39,980 nucleotides of DNA from Gemmatimonadales bacterium (lineage in GTDB: Bacteria; Gemmatimonadota; Gemmatimonadetes; Gemmatimonadales; GWC2-71-9), in NCBI GenBank assembly GCA_039794085.1, contig JBDIWC010000038.1:1-39980 (forward strand). Direction: 5' to 3'. The position numbers and the translations under genes were made by a program. Shown in pieces: positions 37,147 through 39,980 of this stretch (within the stretch, counting starts at the first letter, position 1; every line of letters begins with the position of its first letter). The notes beneath the pieces were generated by a model. The model worked only from the letters and a program-made list of their open reading frames with translations. It was not told the DNA's origin and searched no databases.

Positions 37147-37422
37147 AAGGAGACCATCAACGGTGTCCTCGACTCGAGCCTCGTCCTCCCCCCGGGACAG
37201 CCTGTTGTCATCCCCCTCCTGATGCGGGTCAACCTCCGGGATTTTTTCAGCGGACCCGCCGAGAGCCTCGTGAACCTCGCGGCCGGTCTCGCGGGCCTCA
37301 ACGCCGACCCAACCAGGATCGCGCTTCGGGCGGTGCCCACCATCGACACCCCCGTCGGCCCCATCGGGTATCCCTCTCCGATCACCATCCTCAGCCGGAC
37401 GGTGGGCCCCGGTCGACCCTGA
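37147..37422 (+). pseudogene. 3' part of the lipoprotein gene (diverged 140-bp overlap with 34646-34785)
   Basis: KETINGVLDSSLVLPPGQPVVIP..FFSGPAESLVNLAAG then LAGLNADPTRIALRAVPTIDTPVGPIGYP to stop; no own start. Confidence 0.7.
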
Positions 37423-37424
37423 CC

Positions 37425-37524
37425 CCTCTCTGTGCTCCGTGTTCGGTGTTCAGAACCCGCTCTCCCGCCGTGCGGGGGAGGGGTGGGGGGGTAGTGAACC
37501 CTGAACCCTGAAAACTGAAAACTG
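37425..37524. repeat. Inverted heptamer runs flanking a CTCTCCCGC...GCGGGGGAGGGG hairpin
   Basis: GTGTTC-type run at 37425-37453 vs CTGAAMM run at 37494-37524. Confidence 0.55.
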
Positions 37525-37607
37525 CGAAGCGCCCCCTTCCCAACGCCCGGGGCCATCCCGATATTACTTCCGCCGCGCCCGAAAAGAACCTCCCCCGCCG
37601 GAGCCCG

Positions 37608-38117
37608 ATGGCCGTCTCCTACGAAAACTCGCGCATCGTCTTTGACGGCATCAAGGCCGCCGGAGTTCGGTCGCTCTCGGCGCTGCCGGAGACCTGGCTC
37701 GGCATCCTCCTGCAGTGCGCCGAAAACGACCCCGAGGTGGACCTCGTTCAGGTCGCCAAGGAAGAGGAGGCGATCGGGATCGCGGCCGGGGCCTGGTTCG
37801 CGGGCACCCCCCACATCCTCTTGATGCAGAACCACGGATTTCTGGCCGCGATCAACGGCATCGTCTCGCTGGCCCAGCTCTACTCGCTTCCGCTGTGCAT
37901 GCTCATCGCCCTGCGGGGCGAGCCCGACGAGTCGGCTCCCTGGCACAAGAGGGGTGGCGCCGTCACCGAACCCGTTCTCCGCGCGCTCGACATTCCCTTC
38001 GAGCATGCACGGGATCCCCGGACCGTGGGGGCACAGATCCGCGACACCCTCCATCGTTCACAGAAGTCGCTGGCGCCGGTCGCGCTCCTGTTGACCCGCG
38101 ACCTGATGATCGACTGA
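37608..38117 (+). CDS. comD: Sulfopyruvate decarboxylase alpha subunit-like (TPP enzyme PYR domain)
   Basis: KEEEAIGIAAGAW, LMQNHG, LIALRG. Confidence 0.8.
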   Translation: MAVSYENSRIVFDGIKAAGVRSLSALPETWLGILLQCAENDPEVDLVQVAKEEEAIGIAAGAWFAGTPHILLMQNHGFLAAINGIVSLAQLYSLPLCMLIALRGEPDESAPWHKRGGAVTEPVLRALDIPFEHARDPRTVGAQIRDTLHRSQKSLAPVALLLTRDLMID

Positions 38118-38121
38118 TCCG

Positions 38122-38712
38122 ATGGAACGCGCCGAGTGCATCGAGATGATCTACCCCGAGCTCGAGGACAAGCTCGTGGTGACCATTATGGGCGCCTGCG
38201 CCCAGGAGCTGTACAACCTGGGCCATCGCGAGAACTTCTTCTATCTGCAACACGCGATGGGGCTCGCCTCGTCGATCGGGCTGGGTCTGGCCCGCCACCT
38301 TCCCGACGAGCGCGTCGTCGTGCTCGACGGAGACGGGTCGGTGCTGATGAACCTGGGCACCTTCGCGACGCTCGCCCGCTACAGGCCCCCCAACCTGATC
38401 CACGTCATCTTCGACAACGGCAGCCTGCTGTCGACCGGTGGGTACGACTCTCATACGGCGTCCGGAATCACAGACCTGGGCGCGGTGGCCAGGGCCGCCG
38501 GCATCGAGCATGTCCTCTCGGTGGATGATTCCTTCCACTTTGGGGAAGCGATGATCGATGCCTTCGGGCGTAACGACCTGACCGTGATCGTCGCACGGGT
38601 CAAGGCCGTTGGACCCGCGGACTATGGGATGGATTTTTCTCTTCCCGAGAACGCCCGGCAGTTCCGGAGCTACATCGACACGCGGAGAGGCGGCAGACCG
38701 GCAAAGGACTGA
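38122..38712 (+). CDS. comE: Sulfopyruvate decarboxylase beta subunit-like (TPP-binding)
   Basis: MGLASSIGLG, DGDGSVLMN, FDNG..STGG. Confidence 0.8.
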   Translation: MERAECIEMIYPELEDKLVVTIMGACAQELYNLGHRENFFYLQHAMGLASSIGLGLARHLPDERVVVLDGDGSVLMNLGTFATLARYRPPNLIHVIFDNGSLLSTGGYDSHTASGITDLGAVARAAGIEHVLSVDDSFHFGEAMIDAFGRNDLTVIVARVKAVGPADYGMDFSLPENARQFRSYIDTRRGGRPAKD

Positions 38713-39081
38713 CGGCCCGATCGGCATTGGTCAGCCGACCGGGCCGTCACAAACCGGCGCGTGGGGGAGGGGGTGCCGTGGAGCGTCCCGCTCCCAATCC
38801 AGGATTCCGTACTCGTTCCGAATCCGCCGGTCTGGGCAGTGCACGTCAGCCGCTTCGTATCTCAGCCTCGTGCGGAGCACGCCGGGTTTGCCGTGTCGGC
38901 GTGGGCCAAGGACCGCGCGATCCTCGCCAACCAGTGAGCTTCCCGTCGTCACGCCCGGTGTTCCCGTGGCCTTGCCGAGGGATCCGGCTCATTGGCAAGA
39001 CCAGTATAGCACCCGGCGGATGAAGGGAGGGTGAAAACAACCGGAAACCCAGGCGAGGTGCTGACCCCCGTACCCATCTCC

Positions 39082-39126
39082 CGTACACGTACTCGTACAC
39101 GTACTCGTACTCGTACACGAGCGAAC
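39082..39126 (+). repeat. Hexamer tandem repeat CGTACW
   Basis: CGTACA/CGTACT x6 plus degenerate units. Confidence 0.75.
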
Positions 39127-39320
39127 GCACCCGGGCAGGAGAACGAACCCTGAACCTGATTTCACCACCGATTCACGACCGCCGTGTAGGATTGAAGGAT
39201 CCTGGAATTCGTCCCCTGTCCGGAAATGTGGTGCCGGGTGGTTCAGGGAGTTCTTTCCCGCTCGATCCGCTCGTCCCGGCCGATCCAACCGGTGGTCCGG
39301 CGGCGGATAAGGAGGACACG

Positions 39321-39760
39321 ATGTCCGCAGGTCAGATGTGCAGCAGGGTCGTGGCCACAGCCACGCCGAACGAGGCGGTGCGCACGGGGCGCGGCGGATG
39401 GCGGAACATGACGTGGGCACTCTGGTGGTGGTCGATGGCGCCCGTGGGACACCGGTGGGGATGCTCACCGACCGGGATCTCACGCTTCGGTGTCTCGCGG
39501 GGAATCTCGATCCCGACACGACGCGGGTCGAGGAACTGATGAACCGTCCGGTCCAGCAGATCGACGAGCACGCACCGATGTCCGAGGCGATCGCGCGGAT
39601 GGAGACGGCGGCCGTCCGGCGGCTCGTGGTCGTGGGAGACGCGGGGCGAGTGGTCGGCATCCTGAGTCTCGACGATGTGCTGCATCTGGTGAGCCGGGAC
39701 ATGTGCGCCATCGGCGCCCTGGTGGACAAGCAGAGCGCCCGGGTGCCGGCGACACTCTGA
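39321..39760 (+). pseudogene. CBS-domain protein with a single-base frameshift at GGGG (39386-39389)
   Basis: AGGAGG RBS; MSAGQMCSRVVATATPNEAVRT in one frame, ARRMAEHDVGTLVVV..GMLTDRDL..VRRLVVV..GILSLDD in another. Confidence 0.8.
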
Positions 39761-39766
39761 GAATAG

Positions 39767-39837
39767 GGGAGTAGTCCCTTACGGACAAGATTGAACACAA
39801 AACGGCAACAATATTTTTGGGCGCCCCCCGGAAACCC
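39767..39837. repeat. AT-rich dispersed repeat, copy 2
   Basis: Matches 21307-21376. Confidence 0.85.
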
Positions 39838-39980
39838 GCTCCAGCCGTGCGTGTGACGGCGTCTGTGACGGCATCCCACTTGGGGCTCTTCAGGGTTTCG
39901 CGTGGGTGAGAGACACGTCGATCGGGCGTTGTGCGCACGGTGCGAGGGGACGCCCCGGAGTCCGGGGACCCGCCCTGGGG

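Overview
High-GC bacterial chromosomal window. The many secreted peptidases and hydrolases with signal peptides suggest Gemmatimonadota or a similar lineage (inference). It holds about 35 genes. These include peptidases (M24 PepP-like, S41 tricorn-like, M55 DppA-like, M14, M16), an MBL/beta-propeller/TraB-like fusion, a PP2C phosphatase, a MATE exporter, a flavin disulfide reductase plus aldehyde dehydrogenase, a membrane MutS-domain ATPase, a ureohydrolase, a TetR-DsrE-PNPOx unit, an LVIVD/DUF305 pair, comDE and a frameshifted CBS gene. Nearly every intergenic space carries palindromic or short tandem repeats from several families. Between them sit many toxin-antitoxin-like modules: vapBC, yefM-yoeB, two addiction-module/RelE pairs with broken toxins, a HEPN-like gene and a NYN nuclease. 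The most notable structures are: (1) a NYN nuclease gene preceded by a canonical promoter and a ~70-nt two-hairpin terminated RNA, a type III TA-like layout; (2) a GIY-YIG gene lying inside one copy of a CGTC-palindrome doublet whose empty copies are scattered co-orientedly through the window; (3) two unrelated peptidases sharing one leader/signal-peptide module; (4) several direct-repeat-bounded insertions and an IS1182-like MITE with a target duplication. No rRNA, tRNA or CRISPR array was seen. Family assignments come from motif recognition only; no searches were run.
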